Below, piece after piece: positions 38,685 to 47,434 of a stretch of DNA of 64,000 nt. The stretch is from Alphaproteobacteria bacterium (GTDB lineage: Bacteria; Pseudomonadota; Alphaproteobacteria; CACIAM-22H2). Location: contig WGNX01000009.1 of the NCBI GenBank assembly GCA_016124335.1, positions 184,034-248,033 of the forward strand, read 5' to 3'. The translations under genes and the position numbers were made by a program. Within the stretch, counting starts at the first letter, position 1, and each line of letters opens with the position of its first letter. A model generated the notes under the pieces. That model ran no database searches. It had not been told where the DNA came from and was given only the letters and a program-made list of their open reading frames with translations.

Positions 38685-40115
38685 ATGGCGGCCAGGAAAA
38701 AGAAGACGGCGAAAAAGGGAGGAACGGCGAAGAAGAAGGCGGCAAGGCCCGCCTTCCGCTTCCGCCTGACCGCGCGCGGGGCGGCGGCCGTCGCCGGCAA
38801 GCAGCTGCGTGGCGGCTGCCCGCGCAACCTGCTTGATCCCATCGAGATCGCCAGCCGCGACGAGATCGCGGCCGTGCAGACCAGGCGCCTCAGATGGACG
38901 CTCGCGCACGCCTACAGGAACGTGCCGCTCTATAAGCAGAAGTTCGATGCGGCAGGCGTGCACCCGCGCGATTTCCGCAAGCTCGACGATCTTGCGAAAT
39001 TCCCGTTCACCACGAAGGACGATTTGCGCCGCGCCTACCCGTTCGGCATGTTCGCCATCCCGCGCGAGAAGTGCGTGCGCGTCCATGCCTCGTCGGGCAC
39101 CACGGGCAAGCCCACGGTCGTCGGCTACAGCCGGGCCGACATCGCGAACTGGGCCGCCCTCGTCGCCCGTTCCATCCGCGCTTCGGGCGGGTTGCCGGGC
39201 GACCTGCTGCATGTCGCCTACGGCTACGGGCTTTTCACCGGCGGGCTGGGTGCCCACTACGGCGGCGAGGCGCTGGGCTGCACGGTCATCCCGATGTCGG
39301 GCGGGCAGACCGAAAAGCAGGTGCAGCTCATCGCCGATTTCAAGCCGCAGCTCATCATGGTGACGCCCAGCTACATGCTCGCCATCGCCGACGAATTCGA
39401 GAAGCAGGGCCTCGACCCACGCAGATCCTCGCTGCTGGTGGGCATCCACGGCGCGGAACCCTGGACCGATTCGATGCGCCGCGAAATCGAGGCGCGTTTC
39501 GCGATGGACGCGCTCGACATCTACGGCCTGTCGGAAGTGATGGGGCCGGGTGTGGCCAACGAATGCATCGAGACGAAGGATGGCCCGACGATCTGGGAAG
39601 ACCATTTCTTCCCCGAGATCCTCGATCCCGCGACCGGAACGCCGCTGCCCGACGGCACTTCGGGCGAGCTTGCCTTCACGACGCTGACGAAGGAGGCCTT
39701 CCCCGTCATCCGCTACCGCACGCGCGACCTGACGACGCTGCTGCCGGGCACGGCGCGTTCGATGCGCCGCATGGCGCGCATCACCGGGCGCAGCGACGAC
39801 ATGATGATCGTGCGCGGGGTCAACGTGTTCCCCACGCAGATCGAGGAGCTGATCCTGAAGGACCAGCGCCTGTCGCCGCATTACGTGCTGGAGCTGCGCC
39901 GCGAGGAACGGCTCGACCGGCTCGACATCGTGGTCGAGCCCAAGGCCGAGCGCGCGGCGGATGCCGAAGGGCTGCGACAGGCCGCCGCGTTGCTGGCACA
40001 GAACGTCAAGGCGTATGTGGGGGTGACCGCCAACGTGCGGATCGCCGGGATCGGCCAGGTCGCGCGCTCGATCGGCAAGGCCAAGCGCGTGATCGACCTG
40101 CGGCCGAAGGACTGA
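38685..40115 (+). CDS. paaK: Phenylacetate-CoA ligase with Lys-rich N-terminal extension
   Basis: HASSGTTGKPTVVGY, YGYGLFTGGLG, DIYGLSEVMGPG, GRSDDM, GKAKRVID. Confidence 0.95.
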   Translation: MAARKKKTAKKGGTAKKKAARPAFRFRLTARGAAAVAGKQLRGGCPRNLLDPIEIASRDEIAAVQTRRLRWTLAHAYRNVPLYKQKFDAAGVHPRDFRKLDDLAKFPFTTKDDLRRAYPFGMFAIPREKCVRVHASSGTTGKPTVVGYSRADIANWAALVARSIRASGGLPGDLLHVAYGYGLFTGGLGAHYGGEALGCTVIPMSGGQTEKQVQLIADFKPQLIMVTPSYMLAIADEFEKQGLDPRRSSLLVGIHGAEPWTDSMRREIEARFAMDALDIYGLSEVMGPGVANECIETKDGPTIWEDHFFPEILDPATGTPLPDGTSGELAFTTLTKEAFPVIRYRTRDLTTLLPGTARSMRRMARITGRSDDMMIVRGVNVFPTQIEELILKDQRLSPHYVLELRREERLDRLDIVVEPKAERAADAEGLRQAAALLAQNVKAYVGVTANVRIAGIGQVARSIGKAKRVIDLRPKD

Positions 40116-40146
40116 CCGGCGGAACGCCGGTACGCGAGCTGCGCCA

Positions 40147-41742
40147 ATGTCCTTCGCCCATCCCGACTATGCCTTCCGGCCCGTGCCCGACATGCACGCG
40201 ATGCCGCCCGCCCGCCATCCCGTCGTCGTGATCGGGGCCGGCCCCGTGGGCCTGTCGCTCGCCATCGACCTTGCCCTGCGCGGCACGCGCGTCGTGCTGC
40301 TCGACGAGGACAACACCGTCTCGGTCGGCTCGCGCGGCATCTGCTATGCCAAGCGCACGCTCGAGATCTTCGACCGGCTGGGCTGTGCGGCCCCCATGCT
40401 CGACAAGGGCGTGACCTGGCAGGTGGGCAAGGTCTTCTTCGGCGAGGGACAGGTCTATTCTTTCGACCTGCTGCCCGAAAGCGGCCACCGCTTCCCGGCC
40501 TTCATCAACCTGCAGCAATACTGGCTGGAGAAATTCCTCGTCGATCGCGCGCAGGCGATGAGCGGGCTCGACCTGCGCTGGAAAAGCCGGGTCAGCGCCA
40601 TCGAGCCGCGCGACAGCCACGTGGCGCTGACGGTGGAGACGCCCGGCGGCAGCTACGCGCTCGACGCGGACTGGGTGGTCGCGTGCGACGGGGCACGCAG
40701 CCCCACGCGCAAGGCGCTGGGCCTCGATTTCCGCGGCCGCGTGTTCGAGGACCGCTTCCTCATCGCCGACGTGCGCATGAAGGCGGCCTTCCCGTCCGAA
40801 CGCTGGTTCTGGTTCGAGCCGCCGTTCCATTCGGGCGGCTCGACGCTGCTGCACAAGCAGCCCGACGATCTGTGGCGCATCGATTTCCAGCTCGGCTGGA
40901 ACGCCGACCCGGAAGCCGAGAAGGACCCCGCGCGCGTGGCCGAACGCGTGCGCGCGATGCTGGGACCGGATGCGCAATTCGACCTCGAATGGGTCAGCGT
41001 CTACACGTTCCAGTGCCGCCGGCTCGAGCGCTTCCGCCACGGCCGCGTGCTTTTTGCGGGCGATGCCGCCCATCAGGTGAGCCCGTTTGGTGCCCGCGGC
41101 GCCAATTCCGGCGTGCAGGATGCCGACAATCTCGCCTGGAAACTTGCCGCCGTCGTCGCGGGCGACGCACCCGAAAGCCTGCTCGACAGCTACGAGGCCG
41201 AGCGCACCGAGGCGGCCGACGAGAACATCCTCAATTCCACCCGCGCGACGGATTTCATCACGCCCAAGAACGCCGCCTCGCGCGTGTTCCGCGACGCCAC
41301 GCTGGAACTGGCGCGCGACCATGCCTTCGCGCGAAGGCTCGTCAATTCCGGCCGCCTTTCGGTGCCCACCAGACACGCGGGCTCGCCGCTCTCGTCGCCC
41401 GACACGGAAGCTTTCGATGGCGGCGTGGCGCCGGGCGCGCCCGCGCTCGACGCGCCCGACGGTGCGGGCTGGCTGCTCGACCGGCTCAAATTCGGTTTCT
41501 CGCTGCTGCTGTTCGGCGCGCCGGACAATGCGGCGTTCGACGCGCTGACGCGGCTTCCCGTGCCGGTGCACGCAAGTGCGGTGCCCGAAAGTGCCGCGGC
41601 CGCCTGGGCGCGCTACGACGCGAAGCCGGGCACGGCCTATCTGTTCCGCCCCGACCAGCTGGTGTGCTGGCGCGCGCGCCGGCTCGACCTTGCGGCGATC
41701 GAAAAGGCGCAGGCGCGCGCCCTGGCGAAGGAGAAAGCGTGA
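40147..41742 (+). CDS. FAD-dependent aromatic monooxygenase (MhaA/MhpA-like)
   Basis: GAGPVG, ACDG, GDAAHQVSPFGARGANSG, NLAWKL, RPD. Confidence 0.9.
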   Translation: MSFAHPDYAFRPVPDMHAMPPARHPVVVIGAGPVGLSLAIDLALRGTRVVLLDEDNTVSVGSRGICYAKRTLEIFDRLGCAAPMLDKGVTWQVGKVFFGEGQVYSFDLLPESGHRFPAFINLQQYWLEKFLVDRAQAMSGLDLRWKSRVSAIEPRDSHVALTVETPGGSYALDADWVVACDGARSPTRKALGLDFRGRVFEDRFLIADVRMKAAFPSERWFWFEPPFHSGGSTLLHKQPDDLWRIDFQLGWNADPEAEKDPARVAERVRAMLGPDAQFDLEWVSVYTFQCRRLERFRHGRVLFAGDAAHQVSPFGARGANSGVQDADNLAWKLAAVVAGDAPESLLDSYEAERTEAADENILNSTRATDFITPKNAASRVFRDATLELARDHAFARRLVNSGRLSVPTRHAGSPLSSPDTEAFDGGVAPGAPALDAPDGAGWLLDRLKFGFSLLLFGAPDNAAFDALTRLPVPVHASAVPESAAAAWARYDAKPGTAYLFRPDQLVCWRARRLDLAAIEKAQARALAKEKA

Positions 41743-41945
41743 TGGCGAAGCTGAAGACCGGGCCGGGCGCCGCTGATCCCGACACGCTTTATGAAATGCT
41801 GGTCGATGCGCACCGCGATCTCGACGACGCGGCCTCGGCCAAGGTCAACGCCAAGCTCGTGCTGCTGCTGGCCAACCACATCGACGATCTCGACGTGGTG
41901 CGCGCGGCGATCGCGGCGGCGCGCGCGGGCGGGCGCGCCGGCTAG
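41742..41945 (+). CDS. DUF2783 small protein (MhaB-like partner)
   Basis: PDTLYEMLVDAHRDL...NAKLVLLLANHI; start overlaps the monooxygenase stop. Confidence 0.88.
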   Translation: MAKLKTGPGAADPDTLYEMLVDAHRDLDDAASAKVNAKLVLLLANHIDDLDVVRAAIAAARAGGRAG

Positions 41946-42754
41946 AACGGCAGCATGACCGTCCCGGCGTCGACCGGGTGGCCGGCGGCGTACATCGCCT
42001 GCAGCTTGAGCGCCGTGGCGTGAGCGCCTTCGACCGGTGAAAGACCGTTCCTTGCGGCCATGATCTCCGCCAGCCGCTTCAGCTGGCCGGTGGCCCGCGC
42101 GTCGGGCGACAGGGTATCGAGGCCGTTCGCGTCGAACTCGATGACACCATCGCTGCGCACGCGGAACAGCGCAGGGCCTTCCAGCCCCTCGATCAGCGCC
42201 GCCGTCCCCGCCTTGACGGAAGCGGCATGCGCGTTGGCGCGCCCGGTTTCAAGTGCCGTTTCGGCCGCGAAAACCGCCAGCCGGTTGCACATCGCCTCGA
42301 ATCGCGCGCGGCCGTCCGCGCGCGCCTGTTCGGTTGCGGCAAAACGCATGTCCCAGCCGGCCGTCGCCAGCGCATCGGTCGCTTCGCGCAGCAGAAGCGT
42401 GCGGTCGTTCATCGCGGCGGACCGGTGCGCAAGATCGCCGAACCGCTCAAGTTCGACGCGCATCGTCTCGAGCGCGGCCAGGTCGGCCAGCCGGTCGTCC
42501 ACCGTCGGCGCATCGGCGCCGTATTTTCCGAGAAACGCGCGTTTGGCGGCTTCGTAGTCCGCCGTGCGCCGCGCCAGTTCGGCGCGGTCTGCCTCGGCGG
42601 CGATCGCGAAGGTCTCGCGCGAGCGAACAAGGGCGGCTTGTGCCGCACCGCGCCGCGCCAGCTCGCTTGCCAGATCGGGATCGGGCGACTTCGATTGCCG
42701 GTGCGGCCGGACATAGTCGAACGGGGCGGGCCGATAGGGCATGTAATTGAGCAT
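41942..42754 (-). CDS. Hypothetical protein (helical, no family recognised)
   Basis: 270-codon frame with GGGAG shortly upstream of the ATG and an AT-rich upstream region. Confidence 0.7.
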   Translation of the reverse strand: MLNYMPYRPAPFDYVRPHRQSKSPDPDLASELARRGAAQAALVRSRETFAIAAEADRAELARRTADYEAAKRAFLGKYGADAPTVDDRLADLAALETMRVELERFGDLAHRSAAMNDRTLLLREATDALATAGWDMRFAATEQARADGRARFEAMCNRLAVFAAETALETGRANAHAASVKAGTAALIEGLEGPALFRVRSDGVIEFDANGLDTLSPDARATGQLKRLAEIMAARNGLSPVEGAHATALKLQAMYAAGHPVDAGTVMLPF

Positions 42755-42894
42755 CGCGTTCTCCCACGGGATTTCGCTGAGCTTCTTGCGCGAGGGGAAA
42801 CGCTAGCACCCGCCTCACATTTTTCAAGTTTTATTAAAAATATACTTAATTTCTATGCACACGCTCTTTTGCGCCGGTTCGATCTCTTTTGGAT

Positions 42895-42926
42895 TTGACA
42901 ATTATCCTATCTTAGGATAGTATAAT
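42895..42926 (+). promoter_or_regulatory. Near-consensus sigma70 promoter with internal palindromic operator
   Basis: TTGACA (42895-42900), N17, TAGTAT (42918-42923, overlapping TATAAT at 42921-42926); TATCCTA-N3-TAGGATA at 42903-42919. Confidence 0.6.
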
Positions 42927-43003
42927 TTGTGCAGAAACAGCCGAAAGTAGGACAAGCGGATGCACTTTGACGATATGCGACAATCAAACGATATCAATCG
43001 GAT

Positions 43004-43037
43004 AAACAGGCGACGGTCGCCTTTCGTCGCCTGTTTT
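43004..43037. terminator. Intrinsic terminator, probably bidirectional
   Basis: Perfect 12-bp inverted repeat AAACAGGCGACG / CGTCGCCTGTTT with a 9-nt loop, just past the stop of the quinone oxidoreductase gene. Confidence 0.75.
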
Positions 43038-43043
43038 CGGGGT

Positions 43044-44045
43044 TCACTTGCCCACGGTCAGCACGATCTTGCCGATATGCGTGTCGGCCTCCATCAGCGC
43101 GTGCGCCTTGGCGGCTTCGGCCAGCGGGAAGGTCGCGTGGATCACCGGGCGCACGCGGCCGGATTCGAGCAGCGGCCACACCTTGTCGGCAAGCGCGCTG
43201 GCGATGGCGCCCTTCTGCTCGACCGTGCGCGGGCGCAGCGTCGAACCGGTATAGGTCAGTCGCTTGCGCATGATCTGGTCCATCGAGACCTCGACCTTCG
43301 GCCCGCGCAGGAAGGCGATCTGCACGATACGCCCTTCCACCGCGCAGGCTTCGACATTGCGCATGAAATAGTCGCCGCCCACCATGTCGAGGATCAGGTC
43401 GACGCCGCGCCCGTCGGTGAATTCCTTCGCCGCGGCGACGAAATCCTCCTTCTTGTAGTCGATCGCGCGTTCCGCACCCAGCTTCGCCACGGCAGCACAC
43501 TTCTCGGCCGACCCCGCCGTCGCCAGCACGTGTGCGCCGAAGGCCGATGCCAACTGCACCGCCGTCGTGCCGATGCCCGAGGCACCGCCGTGCACGAGGA
43601 AATATTCGCCCGCCTTCAGCCCGCCGCGCTCGAACACGTTGGTCCAGACGGTAAAGAATGTTTCCGGTACGGCCGCCGCCTCGACGTCGCTGAAGCCCTT
43701 GGGGACCGGCAGGCACTGCAAGGCGGGTGCGGCGGCATATTGCGCATAACCCCCGCCGGCCACGAGCGCGCACACGCGCGCCCCCGGCTTGGGCCAGTGC
43801 ACGTCGGGCGCGGCCGCCACGACCGTGCCGGCCACTTCCAGCCCCAGCGTGGCCGGAGCGCCCGGCGGCGGCGGATACTTGCCCTGCCGTTGCAGCACGT
43901 CGGGCCGGTTGACGCCTGCGGCCGCCACCTCGATCAGCACCTCCCCCGCCTTCGGTTCCGGCACCGGAATCCGGCCGGCGACGAGGTTCTCGGGCGCGCC
44001 CGGTGCGCGAAGCTCGACGGCGGACATCGTTTGGGGGAGAGTCAT
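43044..44045 (-). CDS. NAD(P)H-quinone oxidoreductase, PIG3 family
   Basis: AAGVNRPDVLQRQG, PETFFTVW, HGGASGIG, GSTLRPR, HIGKIVL. Confidence 0.93.
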   Translation of the reverse strand: MTLPQTMSAVELRAPGAPENLVAGRIPVPEPKAGEVLIEVAAAGVNRPDVLQRQGKYPPPPGAPATLGLEVAGTVVAAAPDVHWPKPGARVCALVAGGGYAQYAAAPALQCLPVPKGFSDVEAAAVPETFFTVWTNVFERGGLKAGEYFLVHGGASGIGTTAVQLASAFGAHVLATAGSAEKCAAVAKLGAERAIDYKKEDFVAAAKEFTDGRGVDLILDMVGGDYFMRNVEACAVEGRIVQIAFLRGPKVEVSMDQIMRKRLTYTGSTLRPRTVEQKGAIASALADKVWPLLESGRVRPVIHATFPLAEAAKAHALMEADTHIGKIVLTVGK

Positions 44046-44075
44046 GGCAACCTCGTTGCGAAGCGGAGACGGGCG

Positions 44076-44258
44076 ATGGAATTCGAAGACCTTGAACCGA
44101 AAAACAAGATCGTCAAACCGAAGGATTTATCGGGCTGGGGCATCGGCGAACTCAAGGACTATATTGCCCGGCTTGAAGCAGAGATCGCCCGTGCACGCGC
44201 GGCCATCGATGCCAAGGACAAGCACCGCAACGCGGCCGCTTCGTTCTTCAAGAGCTAA
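44076..44258 (+). CDS. DUF1192 family protein
   Basis: DLSGWGIGELKDYIARLEAEIAR...AAASFFK; GGAG RBS. Confidence 0.88.
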   Translation: MEFEDLEPKNKIVKPKDLSGWGIGELKDYIARLEAEIARARAAIDAKDKHRNAAASFFKS

Positions 44259-44333
44259 GAACGCCCGGATTCTGGCCACGCGGGCCGTCTGGCGCTAATA
44301 CTCGGGGGAACCTGGAAACGGATGGGTAAGGAA

Positions 44334-45116
44334 ATGACGCTCAAGGGCAAATCGGCGATCGTGACGGGGTCGACCAGCGGCATCGGGCTTGGCATCGCGC
44401 GGGCACTGGCGGCACAGGGCGCCAGCGTGATGCTCAACGGCTTCGGCGATGCCGCGGCGATCGAGGCGCTGCGCAAGGAACTCGCTTCCGGCGGCGGCAA
44501 GATCGCCTATTCGGCCGCCGACCTGACCAAGCCCGAGGCAGTCGCCGGGCTCGTTGAAAGCTGCATCAAGGAATTCGGCACGGTCGACATCCTCGTCAAC
44601 AATGCGGGCATGCAGCACGTGGCTCCGGTCGACAAGTTCCCGCTGGAGATGTGGGACAAGGTCATCCAGCTCAACCTCTCCTCCTGCTTCCAGGCGATCC
44701 GTGCGGCCCTGCCCGACATGAAGAAGCGCAACTGGGGCCGCATCATCAACATCGCGTCCGCGCACGGCATCGTGGCGTCGGTCGAGAAGGCCGCCTATGT
44801 CGCCTCCAAGCACGGGCTCATCGGGCTCACCAAGGTCGTGGCGCTGGAAACCGCGAAGAGCGGCATCACCTGCAACGCGATCTGCCCGGGCTGGGTGCTG
44901 ACCCCGCTCGTGCAGAAGCAGATCGACGCGCTGGCCGAACGCAAGGGCATCTCGGGCGAAGCCGCCAAGATCGATCTCCTTTCGGAAAAGCAGCCCTCGC
45001 ACGAATTCGCCACGCCCGAGCAGATCGGCGGGCTTGCCGCCTTCCTGTGTTCGCCCGCGGCCGACCAGATCCGCGGCTCGTCCTTCTCCATCGACGGCGG
45101 CTGGACCGCCCAGTAA
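44334..45116 (+). CDS. bdhA: 3-hydroxybutyrate dehydrogenase
   Basis: TGSTSGIG, NNAGMQH, SAHG, AYVASKHG, CPGWVLTPLV, EKQP, DGGWTAQ. Confidence 0.93.
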   Translation: MTLKGKSAIVTGSTSGIGLGIARALAAQGASVMLNGFGDAAAIEALRKELASGGGKIAYSAADLTKPEAVAGLVESCIKEFGTVDILVNNAGMQHVAPVDKFPLEMWDKVIQLNLSSCFQAIRAALPDMKKRNWGRIINIASAHGIVASVEKAAYVASKHGLIGLTKVVALETAKSGITCNAICPGWVLTPLVQKQIDALAERKGISGEAAKIDLLSEKQPSHEFATPEQIGGLAAFLCSPAADQIRGSSFSIDGGWTAQ

Positions 45117-45132
45117 GGCCGGAGCGCGCGCG

Positions 45133-45849
45133 ATGAAGACCGTTTTCGCCAAGGACGTTCCGGAAAGCGCCGTGAAGGGCGCTGCCTGGGCCGTCCACGC
45201 GCTGACGGCCTCGGGCGCGGTGATCGGGCTGCTTGCGCTCATCGCCGTCATCGAGGGCGACGCGCGCAAGGCGCTGCTGTGGCTGGGGCTTGCCCTCATC
45301 GTCGACGGGATCGACGGGCCGGTGGCGCGCAAGCTCGACGTGGCAAGCCGCCTGCCGCGCTTCGACGGTGCGCTGCTCGACCTCGTGGTCGACTATCTCA
45401 CCTACGTGGTCGTGCCGGCCGTGATGATGTGGCAGTTCGGCTGGATGGGCAACGGGTGGCTGGCGGCGGCGGCGGCGGGCTGGATCCTGTTCTCCTCGCT
45501 TTACGTCTTCGCAAATCTCGACCTCAAGACGCGCGACAACTATTTCGTCGGCTTCCCGGCGATCTGGAACGTCGTGGCGCTCTACATGTTCGTGCTCGGG
45601 CTCGACCCGCACTGGAACCTGTTCTTCGTGGCCGCGCTCGGCGGCTTCAGCTTCACCAAGGTGAAGTCGGTCCATCCGCTGCGCGTGCGCGATTTCCGCG
45701 TCGTGACGCTTGCCGCCACCGCATTGTGGTGCGCGGCGTCTTTCGTGCTCGTCTGGTGGGCGCCGGACCGGCCGCTCGCGGTGATGGTGCCGTGGGCCGC
45801 GGCGACGGCCTGGCTGCTAGGCCTCAGCTTCTGGCGCAGCCTGCGCTAG
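45133..45849 (+). CDS. pcs: Phosphatidylcholine synthase
   Basis: VHALTASG, DGIDGPVAR, DGALLDLVVDYLTYV, YFVGFPAIWN, HPLRV. Confidence 0.88.
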   Translation: MKTVFAKDVPESAVKGAAWAVHALTASGAVIGLLALIAVIEGDARKALLWLGLALIVDGIDGPVARKLDVASRLPRFDGALLDLVVDYLTYVVVPAVMMWQFGWMGNGWLAAAAAGWILFSSLYVFANLDLKTRDNYFVGFPAIWNVVALYMFVLGLDPHWNLFFVAALGGFSFTKVKSVHPLRVRDFRVVTLAATALWCAASFVLVWWAPDRPLAVMVPWAAATAWLLGLSFWRSLR

Positions 45850-45865
45850 CCGGCATGCGCAAGCC

Positions 45866-46246
45866 TCACTCGCCCTGCGGGCGCACGCCCATATGTTTCC
45901 AAAGCTCGTCGCGCAGGTCGCCCTCGCGCACGACGGGGCCGGTCGGCCGCGGCGGCGCAAGCGACGGCGGCGGGATGTCGACATATACCGGGTCCGGCTC
46001 GCGGATGAGCACTGCCCAGCCCGCCACGCCAAGCGTGGCCAGCATCGCGACACCCAGCGCCACGAATATGAAAAGCTTCAGGCGCTTGAGCCGCGGGCTG
46101 GGTGCCGGCGGCGGCGGTTCGGCCTTCGCTTCGGGCGGGGCCTTGCCCTTTGCCGCAAAGCCTCCCTTGCCCGGCGGGCCCTTCCCGGCCGGACCGCGGG
46201 CGCCTTGCGGCGCTTTTGCGGATGCTGTCTTGGCTGCGGTCGCCAT
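45866..46246 (-). CDS. Small single-pass membrane protein
   Basis: Lys/Pro/Ala-rich N-terminus followed by one TM helix. Confidence 0.6.
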   Translation of the reverse strand: MATAAKTASAKAPQGARGPAGKGPPGKGGFAAKGKAPPEAKAEPPPPAPSPRLKRLKLFIFVALGVAMLATLGVAGWAVLIREPDPVYVDIPPPSLAPPRPTGPVVREGDLRDELWKHMGVRPQGE

Positions 46247-46319
46247 TTATACCATTGTAGCCGAACCGCCCGTTCCCGTCATTTGACGGACATCAACCGC
46301 GAAAGAAGGCCGGCCGATC

Positions 46320-47084
46320 ATGGAATTCGTCGAGCAGCTCAAGGATCTTCTCACCCAGTACGGACCGCCTTTCGTCGCGGGCATCGCCATCCTCGTCATC
46401 GGCTCGTGGGTGGCAAGCTTCGTCCAGCATGGGATCGCAACGGCGCTTGAGAAGGTCGGCAAGGTCGAGCTGACGCTGGCACGCTTCCTTGCCAGCCTTG
46501 CGCGGTATCTGGTGCTCACGGTCGTCGTGCTCGCGGCGCTCTCGCAGTTCGGCGTGCAGACCGCAAGCCTCGTGGCGATCTTCGGCGCCGCCGGCCTCGC
46601 CGTTGGCCTGGCGCTTCAGGGCACGCTTGCGAACGTCGCGGCCGGCGTGATGCTGCTCGCCTTCCGGCCCTACCGCGTGGGCGACCGGATCGAGGCGGCC
46701 GGCACGGCCGGCAAGGTCGAGGCGATCGACCTGTTCGTCACCGACATCCGCACCGACGACAACATCCAGGTCCTCGTGCCCAACGGCAAGATCTGGGGCG
46801 ACAAGGTGACCAACCACTCGAAGTACCAGATGAAGCGTCTCGACTTCGAGATCGCGGTGCCGGACTCCGCCGACGTCGAAGCCGCCTGCACGAAGGTCGT
46901 GACCATCGCCGCGGGCGATCCGCGCGCGCTTAAATCGCCCGCACCGGAGGCGATCATCGCGAAATATTCGGGCGACGGCGTCACGCTGGCGCTGCGCGTA
47001 TGGGTGTCGCCCGCCGACGAAGGCGCCATGCGCTCGTCCATGAATCTGGCGCTGCGCAACCTCACCAAGAACGCGTTTGCCTGA
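46320..47084 (+). CDS. mscS: Small-conductance mechanosensitive channel
   Basis: [31 protein letters not shown]. Confidence 0.92.
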   Translation: MEFVEQLKDLLTQYGPPFVAGIAILVIGSWVASFVQHGIATALEKVGKVELTLARFLASLARYLVLTVVVLAALSQFGVQTASLVAIFGAAGLAVGLALQGTLANVAAGVMLLAFRPYRVGDRIEAAGTAGKVEAIDLFVTDIRTDDNIQVLVPNGKIWGDKVTNHSKYQMKRLDFEIAVPDSADVEAACTKVVTIAAGDPRALKSPAPEAIIAKYSGDGVTLALRVWVSPADEGAMRSSMNLALRNLTKNAFA

Positions 47085-47097
47085 AGGACAAGGCGGC

Positions 47098-47430
47098 ATG
47101 CGCGCGGCGAAATTCAGGATCGGCGAGATCGTGCGGCACCGGATCTTCGAGTTCCGCGGCGTCGTCTACGACGTCGACCCGGTCTTCGCGAATACCGAGG
47201 AATGGTACAACTCTATCCCGCCCGCCGTGCGGCCGCGCAAGGACCAGCCGTTCTATCATCTCTTCGCGCTCAACGCCGACCAGGGCCCCTATCAGGCCTA
47301 TGTCAGCGAACAGAACCTGCTCAACGACGCCGAGAACGGCCCCGTCGACCACCCCGACGTCCGGCGGGAATTCGGCGCACTGGTAGATGGTATTTACAAA
47401 CAGAAGCGCGATGCGCGCGCGCTGAACTGA
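47098..47430 (+). CDS. hspQ: Heat shock protein HspQ
   Basis: AKFRIGEIVRHR, RGVVYDVDP, DQPFYHL, AYVSEQNL. Confidence 0.92.
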   Translation: MRAAKFRIGEIVRHRIFEFRGVVYDVDPVFANTEEWYNSIPPAVRPRKDQPFYHLFALNADQGPYQAYVSEQNLLNDAENGPVDHPDVRREFGALVDGIYKQKRDARALN

Positions 47431-47434
47431 CGCC

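Noticed and set aside
36996-39881. 961-aa minus-strand ORF (likewise 34616-36961, 27164-29395, 12143-14263 and 18110-19987)
   Set aside because: Antisense shadows of clearly identified genes, expected in high-GC DNA with few stop codons; no motifs.
42960-44258. 432-aa plus-strand ORF downstream of the 42895 promoter
   Set aside because: It crosses a terminator hairpin and is antisense to the quinone oxidoreductase gene. Only its last 60 codons (DUF1192, own RBS) are credible.
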